Counted from the stretch's first letter, positions 48,222-59,260 are shown. The stretch: DNA of 61,741 nucleotides from an uncultured archaeon (GCA_964632315.1 CAZWEM010000012.1:1-61741), one strand, 5' to 3'. The notes: generated by a model not told the origin, from the letters alone. Numbers and translations: made by a program.

Positions 48222-49205
48222 ATGGGAAGTATTAATTTAGAAGCACCCTGGGTTGAAAAATATAGACCTCATTCTTTTGATGATCTTGTCAGCCAGAATA
48301 TTGCTGTTAATAATTTAAAGCAGTTTGTACAAAAGGGCAATATGCCTCATCTAATTTTTGCTGGACCAGCAGGTACGGGAAAGACTAGTACAGCGCTGAT
48401 CGTTGCAAAATCGATGTTGAGTTCGGAGAATTATGCCTTAAACGTTTTAGAATTGAACGCGTCTGATACAGTAAGAATGGAATATGTTAGGACCATAATT
48501 AAAGATTTTGTAAATCAAAGGATGGTTTCTGGGAAAAGAAATCTAAAATTTATTTTACTAGATGAAGCAGATAATATTCCAAGCCAAGTGCAACAAGCTC
48601 TAAGAAGAATTATAGAAAAAACCTCAAGCAAAGTAAAATTCATATTGATGTGTAATTACATTAATAAAATTATCGATCCAATTATTTCCAGGTGTGCTGT
48701 ATTCCGATTTTCCAACTTAAACAAGGAAAACGTAATAAAGCGTTTAAAACATATTGTAGGTAATGAAAATCTAAAAATACCAGAGAAAAATGAAAACCAA
48801 TTTTATGAAATCTTATACTTTATATCTGGAGGAGATTTAAGAAAGGCTATAAACACCTTACAGATGGCTGTGGCTCTTGAATTGACAGAAAATATTAATT
48901 TAGATGAAATCTTTAAGATATCGGGCTTTGTAACAATTAATATCATTAAGGAATTAATAGAAGTAATAAAGAAAGGTGGACTTGAAAAAGTGAAAGAGAT
49001 TGTCATGTCTATTGAAAACTTAGATAGCAGAAATTTCATTAGACAAATTTTACAAGTGTTACCAGAATTAGATCTTAAAAGTGAAAGATTAAATGATGTG
49101 ATCGCTTTTTTCGGAGATATAGACTATCGAATCAGTCAAGGATCAGATGAAATTATTCAGGTGGTTGCTTTAATTGCTAACTTAATTGAAAACGTACAAT
49201 ATTGA
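48222..49205 (+). CDS. rfcS: replication factor C small subunit
   Basis: PWVEKYRP, GPAGTGKT, ELNASD, LDEAD, SRC and GDLRKAIN motifs. Confidence 0.95.
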   Translation: MGSINLEAPWVEKYRPHSFDDLVSQNIAVNNLKQFVQKGNMPHLIFAGPAGTGKTSTALIVAKSMLSSENYALNVLELNASDTVRMEYVRTIIKDFVNQRMVSGKRNLKFILLDEADNIPSQVQQALRRIIEKTSSKVKFILMCNYINKIIDPIISRCAVFRFSNLNKENVIKRLKHIVGNENLKIPEKNENQFYEILYFISGGDLRKAINTLQMAVALELTENINLDEIFKISGFVTINIIKELIEVIKKGGLEKVKEIVMSIENLDSRNFIRQILQVLPELDLKSERLNDVIAFFGDIDYRISQGSDEIIQVVALIANLIENVQY

Positions 49206-50269
49206 AATTTCAAGAGGATATAATGATTTTGAACATTCCAATTTGGAGAATTAAATATTTACCAAATTCATTAGATGAATTCTGTGGGAGAGAGAAATTA
49301 AAAGCAAAATTAAGGAGTATCTTAGATCAGGGTAACTTTCCACACATGCTTTTTGTAGGAACTGAAGGCATTGGAAAAACAACTTTAGCACGTTTATTTG
49401 CCAAAGAGTTCTTAGGTCCAAATTATGAGATTAATTTTCGATTAGTGTATGCAGACGTTCCTTTAAATAGTGAGGAACGAAAAAGAGCTCGATCTGAAGC
49501 ATACATACCAACTAGTAAGATAGGAAGCTTAGCAGGAAAAACTGTGAGGACTCCTGCTTTTCTTCAAATAAAAATCAAACCGTTTGTTCAACTTAGAGCT
49601 TTAGGATCAGTTCCATTTAAACTTTTAGCGGTGAAAAATTTTGAATCTCTTGGATCTGACCAGCAAGGGTTCAGGAGACTCATGGAATCGTATGGTTCGA
49701 ACTGTAGAATGATTCTTATAACTCAAAATATTTCTGGAATTATTGATCCTATTATCAGTAGATGTCAGATTTTTATGATTGCTCCTCCAAAATATGAATC
49801 TTTCAAAGAGCTGATTAAAAAGATTTCTAACAAAGAATCATTGGTACTAGAAGAACAAGTCATTAAAAATTTATATAGAATCACCAAGGGAAAATTAGCT
49901 CAAGCGATTGATATATTGCAATTATGCAGTTTATCTAATGCTACAATTGATAATGAAAATTTATATGAAACAACGATGAACTTTACAAATGATCTTATCC
50001 ATAGTTTGTTATTAATGTGTTTAAGAGGAGACTTCTTAAAAGCAAGAGAATTATCCCGTAAAATACAATCTATATATAAATATCGAGTGCCAGAATTATT
50101 TCTTCTGTTATTTCGAGATTTAGGTAAAATACCATTGAGTGATTTTACTTTTTCATCTATAATGAACATAATAGCAGATGCTGATTTCCGCGCAATAGAT
50201 GGAAGGGACTCTGATATACAGATCTCTAATCTAATATCAAAATTGTGTTATTTTTCAGAATTCCTATAG
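49202..50269 (+). CDS. second, divergent RFC small subunit (degenerate Walker B)
   Basis: WRIKYLP, GTEGIGKTT, QQGFRRLME and IIDPIISRC, but LLAVKNFE in place of hhhhDE. Confidence 0.85.
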   Translation: MKFQEDIMILNIPIWRIKYLPNSLDEFCGREKLKAKLRSILDQGNFPHMLFVGTEGIGKTTLARLFAKEFLGPNYEINFRLVYADVPLNSEERKRARSEAYIPTSKIGSLAGKTVRTPAFLQIKIKPFVQLRALGSVPFKLLAVKNFESLGSDQQGFRRLMESYGSNCRMILITQNISGIIDPIISRCQIFMIAPPKYESFKELIKKISNKESLVLEEQVIKNLYRITKGKLAQAIDILQLCSLSNATIDNENLYETTMNFTNDLIHSLLLMCLRGDFLKARELSRKIQSIYKYRVPELFLLLFRDLGKIPLSDFTFSSIMNIIADADFRAIDGRDSDIQISNLISKLCYFSEFL

Positions 50270-51640
50270 GTGAAAATAGTGAGCAAAATGAATAATACAA
50301 AACCATGGGTTGAAAAGTATCGTCCTAAATCGATAAGAAATATGGCTTTACCCTCAGCTAAAATAAAAAGGCACAAGGTTGATTTAGCTGAAGAATTACG
50401 TAAATTTATTATAAATTTCTTTAAGGAGAAACAAAATCTAAATGAGAAAAACATACCAATCAAACTTCATAACCGAACTCACGGAAAAAAAGAACAAAAA
50501 AAAAAATTAAGTTTAGCGTCTGAAAAATCTGCTGTTTTGTTAGAAGGCCCACCAGGAGTAGGAAAAACGTCGATTGTATATGCCTTAGCTAATGATCTTG
50601 ATATGGATGTAATTGAAACGAATGCTTCTGATGTGAGAACGAAAAATGCTTTGCAATCTAAATTGAGTGAAACTATCAAGTCGAAAAGCATCATGGATTA
50701 CATCTCAAAGAGTAAAAAAAAGTTGATTTTAATTGATGAAGTAGATGGGATATATGGTGCCTCTGATAGAGGTGCCGTACCCACTATATTAAGTTTAATT
50801 GAAGATACTCAATTCCCAATTATAATGTGTTCAAATGAGTATAAGCAGAATCTTCAATCATTATATAATAAAGTGAGTAAATACGAAATAAGTCCCTTGT
50901 CTAATGAAGAAATGATGAAAGTTTTAAAATCGATTTTAAAGAATGAAAATATTACAGGTTTTAAAGATGATGATCTCATATTATTAATAGAAAAAAACCA
51001 TGGAGATTTAAGAGGGTTAATCAATGATCTTCAAGGAATTACTCAAGGGCAATTTGATAAAAAAAATCTAGAGTTAATTGGAGACCTACATAGAGATAGT
51101 ACTGAAGAAATATTTGGACTAATTCAAGATCTATTTCTAAAAGTAAGCTCTCTAAAAGAAGCAAAAATTCTTACTTCAAAATCAGATGTGGATTATAATT
51201 TTTTATATAAATGGGTGAATGAGAATTTACCTACATTTATAAAAATGAAACCAGCACTTTCAAATGCATATGAAAATTTATCAATAGCAGATGAAATTTT
51301 TGGTAGGATTCAAAAAAATCAATATTGGTCATTATTACCTTATTTTTTTGATCTATTTGCTGGAGGAGTAGCATTAACCCGTAAAAAAAGTTCTCATCAA
51401 GGTTTTCATCGCGTTTCTTTTCCAAGATATTCAACTACAGGATACTTTAGTTTAACTGCAAGTGAACAGTCTCTTGCTGAAAAAATTAAAGAAAAATATG
51501 ATATCTCTGAGGTAGAGATCATTCAAAATTTCCTTCCTTTTATTAGGATGCTATGTAATTATTCAAGGAAGCAGCTTAAAAATGTTAGTGATTGGTTAGA
51601 GCTTGATGCTTCTGAAAAAAAAATATTGAAAAAAGATTGA
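50270..51640 (+). CDS. rfcL: replication factor C large subunit
   Basis: PWVEKYRP, GPPGVGKT, ETNASD, LIDEVDG, GDLRGLINDLQ and WVNENLP motifs. Confidence 0.9.
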   Translation: MKIVSKMNNTKPWVEKYRPKSIRNMALPSAKIKRHKVDLAEELRKFIINFFKEKQNLNEKNIPIKLHNRTHGKKEQKKKLSLASEKSAVLLEGPPGVGKTSIVYALANDLDMDVIETNASDVRTKNALQSKLSETIKSKSIMDYISKSKKKLILIDEVDGIYGASDRGAVPTILSLIEDTQFPIIMCSNEYKQNLQSLYNKVSKYEISPLSNEEMMKVLKSILKNENITGFKDDDLILLIEKNHGDLRGLINDLQGITQGQFDKKNLELIGDLHRDSTEEIFGLIQDLFLKVSSLKEAKILTSKSDVDYNFLYKWVNENLPTFIKMKPALSNAYENLSIADEIFGRIQKNQYWSLLPYFFDLFAGGVALTRKKSSHQGFHRVSFPRYSTTGYFSLTASEQSLAEKIKEKYDISEVEIIQNFLPFIRMLCNYSRKQLKNVSDWLELDASEKKILKKD

Positions 51641-51863
51641 TCTACTCATAAATTAGTAGATTCGATCGTTTATCTTTCAAGCTTTAGTTTAAGAAAAAGT
51701 GATTCTAGAAACTTATATCTAATTTGAGATTATCCGAAAAGCAAATTTCAAAAATAGGTAAACCTTTTTAGATATTAATTCACTTATTTTTTTATATCTC
51801 CCTCTTTTCAATTTTCACATATTTAAAAAATAGAGTTGAATTTATAATCATAAAGCTAAATAG

Positions 51864-52538
51864 TTGATCTTAATGGAACAAGAACGATATTTAGATGAAA
51901 AATATACATTGATGTCAAGCAAAACTCGATTCACGCTTGAAGTCGCAGGAGCAGCATTATTTGGTGCTTTATCACTCGTTTTATCGGCTTTTATTACCCC
52001 AATTATTCCTAGAATTCCTGGTTGGGAAATTGCTATTTTTGATCCAGTTTCAATTTTATGGATTTGTTGTTTTTTAATTTTTGGTCCAAAATCTGGATTA
52101 ATATGTTGTACGATTGGTACCTTTGGTTTATTCTTTTTTGATAGATCTGCTCCAATAGGACCATTAATGAAATTTTCAGCGACAATTTCACTAATAATAG
52201 TCCCTATTTTGATATTAAGGTTATATAAGAGTTCTAATAAAGAAAGGAAGAGTCAGAAATACAAGAAATTACGAAATTATATAACCACGGGAATACTTGG
52301 AACAGTCCTAAGAATTATTGTAATGATGTTTTTGAATATATTGTTATTCATAACTATTTATTCAAGTTATCTTGGATTCACAAATCTAAGTTTTTTGGGT
52401 TTACCCCAAGTTAGTGGATGGACAGCTGTAATAATTGGTGTTATAATTATTAACGCAGAAACGAGCGTGTGGGATCTCTTAGTTCCTTATTTAATCGTAT
52501 TTGGACTAAAAATAGACCAGAAATTCGAAATTTGGTAA
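51864..52538 (+). CDS. ECF transporter S-component-like membrane protein
   Basis: AALFGALSLVL...FDPVSI...FGPKSG; about 6 TM. Confidence 0.65.
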   Translation: MILMEQERYLDEKYTLMSSKTRFTLEVAGAALFGALSLVLSAFITPIIPRIPGWEIAIFDPVSILWICCFLIFGPKSGLICCTIGTFGLFFFDRSAPIGPLMKFSATISLIIVPILILRLYKSSNKERKSQKYKKLRNYITTGILGTVLRIIVMMFLNILLFITIYSSYLGFTNLSFLGLPQVSGWTAVIIGVIIINAETSVWDLLVPYLIVFGLKIDQKFEIW

Positions 52539-52716
52539 TAACATTCTTTTGAATCACTTTCTTTTTTACAGATTATGAATTTAGGCAAGAAAAGCTTAAA
52601 TAGAAAGAAATTGTTTTATGCCGTTAGAGGGGGTTCAAAATTTCTTAGGGAGAAGAAGATCTAAAATTCGTTGGAAGAGAAGGAATATTGATCTTTAAAA
52701 CATAAGACATATTTTT

Positions 52717-53982
52717 ATGATTATGGAACTGAATACCAAAATTCAGGAATTTTTAATAGGGCATTCTGTTGATAAATTTTTAGAATACGTAAAGGTATGG
52801 ACTACTTCAGATGAAGATTCAACTTCCTTCCCCTCCACACCTAATCAATTTGATCTTGGTAAATTATTGGTCAAACAGCTTACTGAGATTGGTTTAAACA
52901 ATATTAGCCATGATAAATTCGGTTATGTATATGGAGATTTACCTGCTTCTAAAGGTTACGAACATGCCAAACCGATTGGACTCATTGCGCATTTAGATAC
53001 CTCTGGTACTGTAAGCGGAAAAAATATTGAACCAATCATCCATAAGAACTATGATGGAAAAGATATCTCCTTTCCTAAAGATAAGAATCTAAAAATTCGC
53101 ATCAAAGATGCCAATGAATTAGAAAATTATGTTGGGATGGATCTTATTACTGCTTCAGGTGACACTTTGCTAGGTGCTGATGATAAAGCAGGGATTGCAG
53201 AGATTATTACCGCTTGTTCTGCTTGGCAGAAATTCCCAGAACTCATTCATGGACCGATTATTGTTTGCTTTACACCAGATGAAGAGACTGGAAGAGGTAC
53301 TCAAAATATCAATAAGGATCGTTTACCAGAAATTTGCTATACTATGGACGGTTCTAAAATGGGAGAATTAGAATTTGAATGTTTTGATGCTTGGTTAGCT
53401 ACATTCAAGTTTAAAGGATTAAATGTTCATCCGGGTAAGGCAAAAAACAAAATGATTAATTCCATTAATATCGCAAGCAGGTATTTTAGTAGTGTTCCAG
53501 AATTTGAAAGTCCAGAGCATACAGAAGAGAGAGAAGGTTTTTTTCATTTATATTATTTAAATGGAAATGCTGAGGAAAGCTCTGCGAAGATGATCATTAG
53601 AGACCATAAAGAGATAAATAATGAAAGGAGAATGAATTTTTTAAAACTACTTAAAAATAATTTTGAAGTGAGATATCCAGGGCTTAAAATTGAATTGGAA
53701 TTTACTCACCAATACAAAAATATGTTGAGATATTTTGAAAAAGAAAAAAAAGTGATTGAGATTGCAGCTAAGGCGATCCAAGAAACAGGATTAGAAGTGA
53801 TATCTAATCCAATAAGAGGGGGGACTGATGGTGCAAAATTAAGTGAAATGGGAATACCAACGCCCAATATCTTCAGTGGGGGATTATTGTATCATTCTAA
53901 AAAGGAATTCATTCCTACAGTTGCCTTAGAAAAGGCATCTGAAGTAATTATAAGGTTAGCTAAATTGTGGTGTATGGAATGA
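52717..53982 (+). CDS. pepT: peptidase T (M20B tripeptide aminopeptidase)
   Basis: AHLDT, LLGADDKAGIAEI, FTPDEE, HPGKAKNKMIN and IRGGTDG motifs. Confidence 0.92.
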   Translation: MIMELNTKIQEFLIGHSVDKFLEYVKVWTTSDEDSTSFPSTPNQFDLGKLLVKQLTEIGLNNISHDKFGYVYGDLPASKGYEHAKPIGLIAHLDTSGTVSGKNIEPIIHKNYDGKDISFPKDKNLKIRIKDANELENYVGMDLITASGDTLLGADDKAGIAEIITACSAWQKFPELIHGPIIVCFTPDEETGRGTQNINKDRLPEICYTMDGSKMGELEFECFDAWLATFKFKGLNVHPGKAKNKMINSINIASRYFSSVPEFESPEHTEEREGFFHLYYLNGNAEESSAKMIIRDHKEINNERRMNFLKLLKNNFEVRYPGLKIELEFTHQYKNMLRYFEKEKKVIEIAAKAIQETGLEVISNPIRGGTDGAKLSEMGIPTPNIFSGGLLYHSKKEFIPTVALEKASEVIIRLAKLWCME

Positions 53983-54002
53983 TAAAGATTTAAATTAAGC
54001 CT

Positions 54003-55223
54003 TTAACTGTTTTCTTTTCCTGTTATTTTTGAAAAATCTGTAACAGCGAAAATAATAATGCATATGAATAAGAGAATCGATACATAAATGAATGCTACTG
54101 TATAAGAGAAAGCATTATAGATATAACCAAATATTATTGATTCGCCAAGTGATATTAACCCCACTGAAAGATAGTAATATCCATAAGCTCTCCCTCTTTT
54201 ACTTTTTCCGACTAAATCTGCAATATAGGCCCTCGAAATAGGATCAACGGATGCCATGTAAAATCCAAACATTATCCATACCACTATAATTATAATTAAA
54301 GATAAAAAAGTTATTTTAATTGGAATTGCTAATATTATTGATAAAAACAACAATATAGATAATCCCGTTATTATTACTGGTTTCCTACCTATTTTATCTG
54401 ATATTGAACCCAAAAAAGGTGAAAGAGCCATATAAACGATATTTGATATCAAATATAATATTGGGATTAAAAAATCCGCGAATAAGTAATCAATCGACCT
54501 CAGTTGTAAAAAAGAAACGTTAATGGAGGCAAATTCGATTACTCCAAGGATGACTATTAATTTTATAAAATTTCTATCAATTCGATCGATTTTTGGCTCT
54601 TTAGATTGAAATTTGATTATTTCCGTTAAATTTCTTGGATCGACATCTTTTATGAATAGAATCAATACAATTGCACAAATACCGGGTACGATTGAGAACA
54701 AAATAATTTGCTGATATGTCCAAGCAAAATATAATAAAATGAAGGCTAAGACAGCTCCAATAACTGCCCCTAGTGTATCTAAGGCGCGATGAACTCCAAA
54801 GGATTTGCCCTTATCAATCGCATAATAAGAAATGAGCGTATCTCTCGCAGAGGTTCGAAGTCCCTTACCAGCTCTATCTATAGTCTTTAACCCCAATGCA
54901 ACTGGCCAAGAAGGACTGAAAGCCATTAATGGTTTTGAAAGATTAGATACTGTATAACCTGCTACGACAAATGGCTTTCTTCTATTAATTAAATCACTCA
55001 TCCACCCTGAGAATCCTTTAAGAATGTTTGAAATGGCTTCAGTAATACCTGAAATGATTCCGATCGCAAATACAGATCCCCCTATTGAAATTATAAATAG
55101 AGGAAAAAAACTCTGAATAGATTCACTTGAAACGTCTGTAAATAACGATACTAATCCCATTATGAAAACTGGAATTGAAACTCCAAATACTAATTTTTTT
55201 TGCGACTTTTCTGTGCTAGACAT
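54003..55223 (-). CDS. MFS transporter
   Basis: MGLVSLFTDVSSE, GWMSDLINRRK, DRAGKGLRTSARD and GSISDKIGRK motifs. Confidence 0.9.
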   Translation of the reverse strand: MSSTEKSQKKLVFGVSIPVFIMGLVSLFTDVSSESIQSFFPLFIISIGGSVFAIGIISGITEAISNILKGFSGWMSDLINRRKPFVVAGYTVSNLSKPLMAFSPSWPVALGLKTIDRAGKGLRTSARDTLISYYAIDKGKSFGVHRALDTLGAVIGAVLAFILLYFAWTYQQIILFSIVPGICAIVLILFIKDVDPRNLTEIIKFQSKEPKIDRIDRNFIKLIVILGVIEFASINVSFLQLRSIDYLFADFLIPILYLISNIVYMALSPFLGSISDKIGRKPVIITGLSILLFLSIILAIPIKITFLSLIIIIVVWIMFGFYMASVDPISRAYIADLVGKSKRGRAYGYYYLSVGLISLGESIIFGYIYNAFSYTVAFIYVSILLFICIIIFAVTDFSKITGKENS

Positions 55224-55246
55224 TCTTTATCAAATAAAGCTTTTAA

Positions 55247-56965
55247 TTAAATTAAAAATTTTTGGGATACAAATAAGCCTAATGCAGAACCTAATCCTAA
55301 AGCATTTGAGATTATGGATGCAAAAAGAAATTGTATAATGTTGAATGAACTTAAAATAACAGTAGTAAAGCACAGTGTTTTTTCATAAATTAAGGTATTC
55401 TGAATAATAACGACTAATAAAATAATGTAAGTAAACATTACAGATGGGAAGAATGACCATGCCCAAGTTAATGAAATTAAATTAATTTGGATGTAAAATG
55501 CTAAAGCGAGTATTGCAAAACTTTTGTGCCTTTCTGATTTTATAAAATATAATTGGGGATACAAGACCTTTCGATAAAGAATTTCCATTGAGAAATAGAT
55601 TGGGAAGACCAATTCTGCGAATAATATATCTATTAACCAATTTGAAGGCCACATAAAAGCAAACGGGTAGGAAAATGAGAATAGGACATATATTCCAATA
55701 AAATAGCCACTACATAGAATTGCAAAAATCAATGTCTTATATTTGAATTGAGATTTGATTAATTCAACAAGATTGAAATTTTTCTCTTCTCGCTGCAGCT
55801 TTTTAAAGTAAATTCTTAAACCTATTAATGTATAAATAATGGAAATATTAAGAGATGCAAAAAAAATCCCAATAAATCCAAATAATCTCTCAAAAATTTC
55901 CCAATTTACTACAAAGATCACTGAATAAATAATAACCTTAATCATTTGGCGAATGACTTTTGATTTTGAAATTTTTACAGAATCTATTGGCGATTTTTCA
56001 TTTAAATCCACGCTTCCAACTTTAAATACTTTTGCTGAATAGGAAATTGATAGCAGCATTATGATAAAAAGAAGGCCTAAAGTCAAAAAGATAGTGAAAT
56101 AATTTAATAGATATGTGATGAATATAGGTCCATTAATAGTTTCTGATTTAAAAAAATGATCTTCAAACCAATTAACTGAATCTATTAAAACAGAATCAAG
56201 AAATAATTGATGAGGACTACCAAATACAAACCCACTAATCGGAATTACTGAACAATTAGTTAACTCTTGCGCTTTTAGTGCATTTTTTGTAAAATTTAGT
56301 GCTTCATCATTAACGTGCATTATTATTAGAAGATTGTTGGTATTTGTTTTATTTAAAAGATTAACCGGAATGTAATCATTGAAAATCGCTGCATCAAAAA
56401 TTCCAAATGAACTTGGATCGAAATTCACTAAGGGAGCCCAAGCTACAGTGAAATTAAAACGAGAATCAAGAGCTTGGTTCATTAACACGACAAAACCACC
56501 CAAAGAATGTCCTATTAGGCCTATTTGAGAAGAATTTACATCGGAATAAAATGACATGGCTTCTAATTTATCCAATAATCTTGAGCAATCTTGCGCTAAA
56601 GCCGGTATTTTAGTTCCAGGATCGATGTTGTTTATATTTCCTCCACTTTCACCATGACCTTGATAATCTAAAGCGGCAACATAGAAACCTCTCTTCGAAA
56701 ATTCGATGGGTATTCTCAGATCAAAATCTCTTTGGCTTCCTATCCCGTGACAATATATAAGCAGAGGTCGCTGGTCTTGAAAAGATAAATCTTTAGCAGG
56801 ATAATATAAATTTGCATATAAAGTCACACCTGAAGATTCAAAAGGGACTCTCTCATAACGCTCATAGCATTGAGATTTAGTAAAGTATAAATAGCCTAAT
56901 GAAACTGCTAATATTATTACTAATAGAAAAGTTCTCTTGAAGAACTTTATATCCTCTTGATCCAT
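55247..56965 (-). CDS. membrane-bound alpha/beta hydrolase with C-terminal TM bundle
   Basis: HGIG, DYQGHGES and GHSLGG motifs; N-terminal anchor and several C-terminal TMs. Confidence 0.8.
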   Translation of the reverse strand: MDQEDIKFFKRTFLLVIILAVSLGYLYFTKSQCYERYERVPFESSGVTLYANLYYPAKDLSFQDQRPLLIYCHGIGSQRDFDLRIPIEFSKRGFYVAALDYQGHGESGGNINNIDPGTKIPALAQDCSRLLDKLEAMSFYSDVNSSQIGLIGHSLGGFVVLMNQALDSRFNFTVAWAPLVNFDPSSFGIFDAAIFNDYIPVNLLNKTNTNNLLIIMHVNDEALNFTKNALKAQELTNCSVIPISGFVFGSPHQLFLDSVLIDSVNWFEDHFFKSETINGPIFITYLLNYFTIFLTLGLLFIIMLLSISYSAKVFKVGSVDLNEKSPIDSVKISKSKVIRQMIKVIIYSVIFVVNWEIFERLFGFIGIFFASLNISIIYTLIGLRIYFKKLQREEKNFNLVELIKSQFKYKTLIFAILCSGYFIGIYVLFSFSYPFAFMWPSNWLIDILFAELVFPIYFSMEILYRKVLYPQLYFIKSERHKSFAILALAFYIQINLISLTWAWSFFPSVMFTYIILLVVIIQNTLIYEKTLCFTTVILSSFNIIQFLFASIISNALGLGSALGLFVSQKFLI

Positions 56966-57077
56966 AAAATTCTCAAATGCGTTTGTTTTTAATAATATGC
57001 TTTATAATAAGTCATGTATATTTAAATTGGCATTAAAATTATAATATTATATCAAATTATTATATGGGTGATTTCTT

Positions 57078-57761
57078 ATCACTGAAAATAATACATTAAA
57101 CATAATTGATACTACTTTAAAATCTGTTGAGGATAATTTTAAGAAGTTTATTGAGGTTTTAGAAGCAGCAAAGAAGGAATTAATAGAATTAGATCGCCAA
57201 AAAGAAAAACTTAGTCAAGATAAAGCTCTCTTGGAAGAAGAAAAAACTCAACTAGAGCAAGCAACTAAAATGCTAGAGACAGAAAAACTCAAATTAGAAG
57301 TAGAAACTAAGAAATTAGAAGATGAAACGAGGAGGTTGGCAAGAGAGAAAGAAGAACGTGACCAAAAGATAGGGCAGTTAACTGGAGAGCAATTAAAGTT
57401 ATTGGAAGAATATAAAAATCTTAAAATTGAACTTAAAAAATTCGCGAAAATTGCCCAAGATCAAGAAGAAGCAGAATTCAATTTTGATAGAATTAAGGCT
57501 CTGTTATCCATAACAATGCTTTTAATTGAAGAGATCTGGCAGGGTCAACCTCATTATAGAATTCTCCTAACCCTCCACGGAGATACTGAAGAAATGTCTC
57601 GAGATCAAATCAAAAACACTACAGGAATTTCTGGAGCCATGGTTTTAAGAGCAGTTCATGAATTAGCTAATATTGGGGTATTGGAATATAATGAGGATAC
57701 TTCAATGGTCAGACTAAAAAAAAGATTGTTCACCAAAAAAGCGCTTGAAGAGAAGGAATGA
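57078..57761 (+). CDS. coiled-coil protein with C-terminal winged helix
   Basis: Heptad E/K-rich region, then HYRILLTLHG...MSRDQIKNTTGISGAMVLRAVHELANIG. The frame is open upstream of the called TTG (57231) to 57072, just after SD GGGTGA. Confidence 0.7.
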   Translation: MTENNTLNIIDTTLKSVEDNFKKFIEVLEAAKKELIELDRQKEKLSQDKALLEEEKTQLEQATKMLETEKLKLEVETKKLEDETRRLAREKEERDQKIGQLTGEQLKLLEEYKNLKIELKKFAKIAQDQEEAEFNFDRIKALLSITMLLIEEIWQGQPHYRILLTLHGDTEEMSRDQIKNTTGISGAMVLRAVHELANIGVLEYNEDTSMVRLKKRLFTKKALEEKE

Positions 57762-57889
57762 AGAGTACAGAATTTCTAAAGCCTATTAAGACTTCATTTA
57801 TTTGATTTTAATCAATATTGATCATATTTTTAAATTTTGAGAGCGAAGATAAATCAATAAAAAAGATTCATTGAGAAAGGTGCATCAAT

Positions 57890-58273
57890 ATGGATAAGAA
57901 AAAATACTATAGATATTTATTTCTAATAGCAGCATTATATAACATTATAAATTCTACAATTTTCATCGGAATATCAATTTTTGGAGTAGATCTTTTTCCA
58001 TTATTTGGAGTAGCAGTTCCACCTTCGATGATATGGCTACAATTAAGCCTTTTCTTAATATTAATTTTTGGAATTGGATATATTTATGTTAGTAGAGATT
58101 TAGAGAAGAATCGAGGTTTAGTTATTACCGGTGGCTTATCTAAATTAATATTTTTCATTATGACTTTAATTTACTTTATATCAGGAGATGTAAACATTCT
58201 TATTGTCTTGCTTGGTGGGATAGATATGATAATGGCAATTTTGTTCATCGAGTTTTTAGTAAAGAATAAATAG
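57890..58273 (+). CDS. small 4-TM membrane protein
   Basis: ORF track, AGGTG SD, hydrophobic. Confidence 0.75.
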   Translation: MDKKKYYRYLFLIAALYNIINSTIFIGISIFGVDLFPLFGVAVPPSMIWLQLSLFLILIFGIGYIYVSRDLEKNRGLVITGGLSKLIFFIMTLIYFISGDVNILIVLLGGIDMIMAILFIEFLVKNK

Positions 58274-58279
58274 CATAAA

Positions 58280-59260
58280 TTAAATATATTTAGCTTGTCC
58301 AGCGGAACCCAAAATCTCCAAATTTTTTCTTTTTACCATTTCGATTATCGCATCACGAGCAAATCCCAGATATTCTCTTGGATCAAAATGATCTGGGTGA
58401 TCATTAAAATACTTTCTAATACTGGCTGTGAAGAGCAACCGACTATCTGTAGCAATATTAACCTTACATATCCCGTATTGAGTCGCTTTGCGTAATTGAT
58501 CTTCTGGGACTCCAAAAGCTTGTTTAATAGAACCTCCATTTGAATTAATAATTTCGACAAATTCTTGCAAGACAGAAGAAGCACCATGAAGAACTAATGG
58601 GAAATTTTCTAAATTTTTAGTTATTTCTTGAAGAACATCAAATCTTAATTCTGGGATTTCCGAGGTTTTCTCTACTTTGAATTTATAAGCCCCATGAGCT
58701 GTTCCAATGGCTATCGCCAAAGAATCGCAACCAGTCCGATTGATAAAGTCTTTCGCTTTATCGGGGTCAGTAAATTGAAATTGATCTCTAAATCCATATT
58801 TATCTGGTCTCGCCACGATCCCCAATTCAGCTTCAACACTTACATCCTTTTTTTTGGCAAACTCAACTACCTGCTTAGTCAGTTTGATGTTTTTATCATA
58901 ATTTAAGTGACTTCCATCAATCATAACGCTTGAGAAACCAGTTTCAATGCAAGATTTGCATAATTCATAACTATTACCGTGATCCAAATGTAAGGCGATA
59001 GGAATATGATATCCCAATTCTTTAGCCAATTCAACACAACCTTGTGTAATATGTTTCAGAATAATCTCATTAGCATAAAACAATGAAGTTGGGTTGATTT
59101 GAATTATTAATGGGGAATTCGTTTCTCCACACCCAGTCAGTACTGCTTGAAATTGCTCTAGATTAGTAACATTATAACCAGGAATGGCAAAATGTCTATC
59201 TAGTGCAACTTCAAACATTTTTTTAGTGTTGTGTAATCCTAATTCTTTAAAAGACACCAT
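58280..59260 (-). CDS. fba: fructose-1,6-bisphosphate aldolase class II
   Basis: HLDHG, SSVMIDGS, VEAELG, AIGTAHGAYK, LVLHGAS and KVNIATD motifs. Confidence 0.92.
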   Translation of the reverse strand: MVSFKELGLHNTKKMFEVALDRHFAIPGYNVTNLEQFQAVLTGCGETNSPLIIQINPTSLFYANEIILKHITQGCVELAKELGYHIPIALHLDHGNSYELCKSCIETGFSSVMIDGSHLNYDKNIKLTKQVVEFAKKKDVSVEAELGIVARPDKYGFRDQFQFTDPDKAKDFINRTGCDSLAIAIGTAHGAYKFKVEKTSEIPELRFDVLQEITKNLENFPLVLHGASSVLQEFVEIINSNGGSIKQAFGVPEDQLRKATQYGICKVNIATDSRLLFTASIRKYFNDHPDHFDPREYLGFARDAIIEMVKRKNLEILGSAGQAKYI

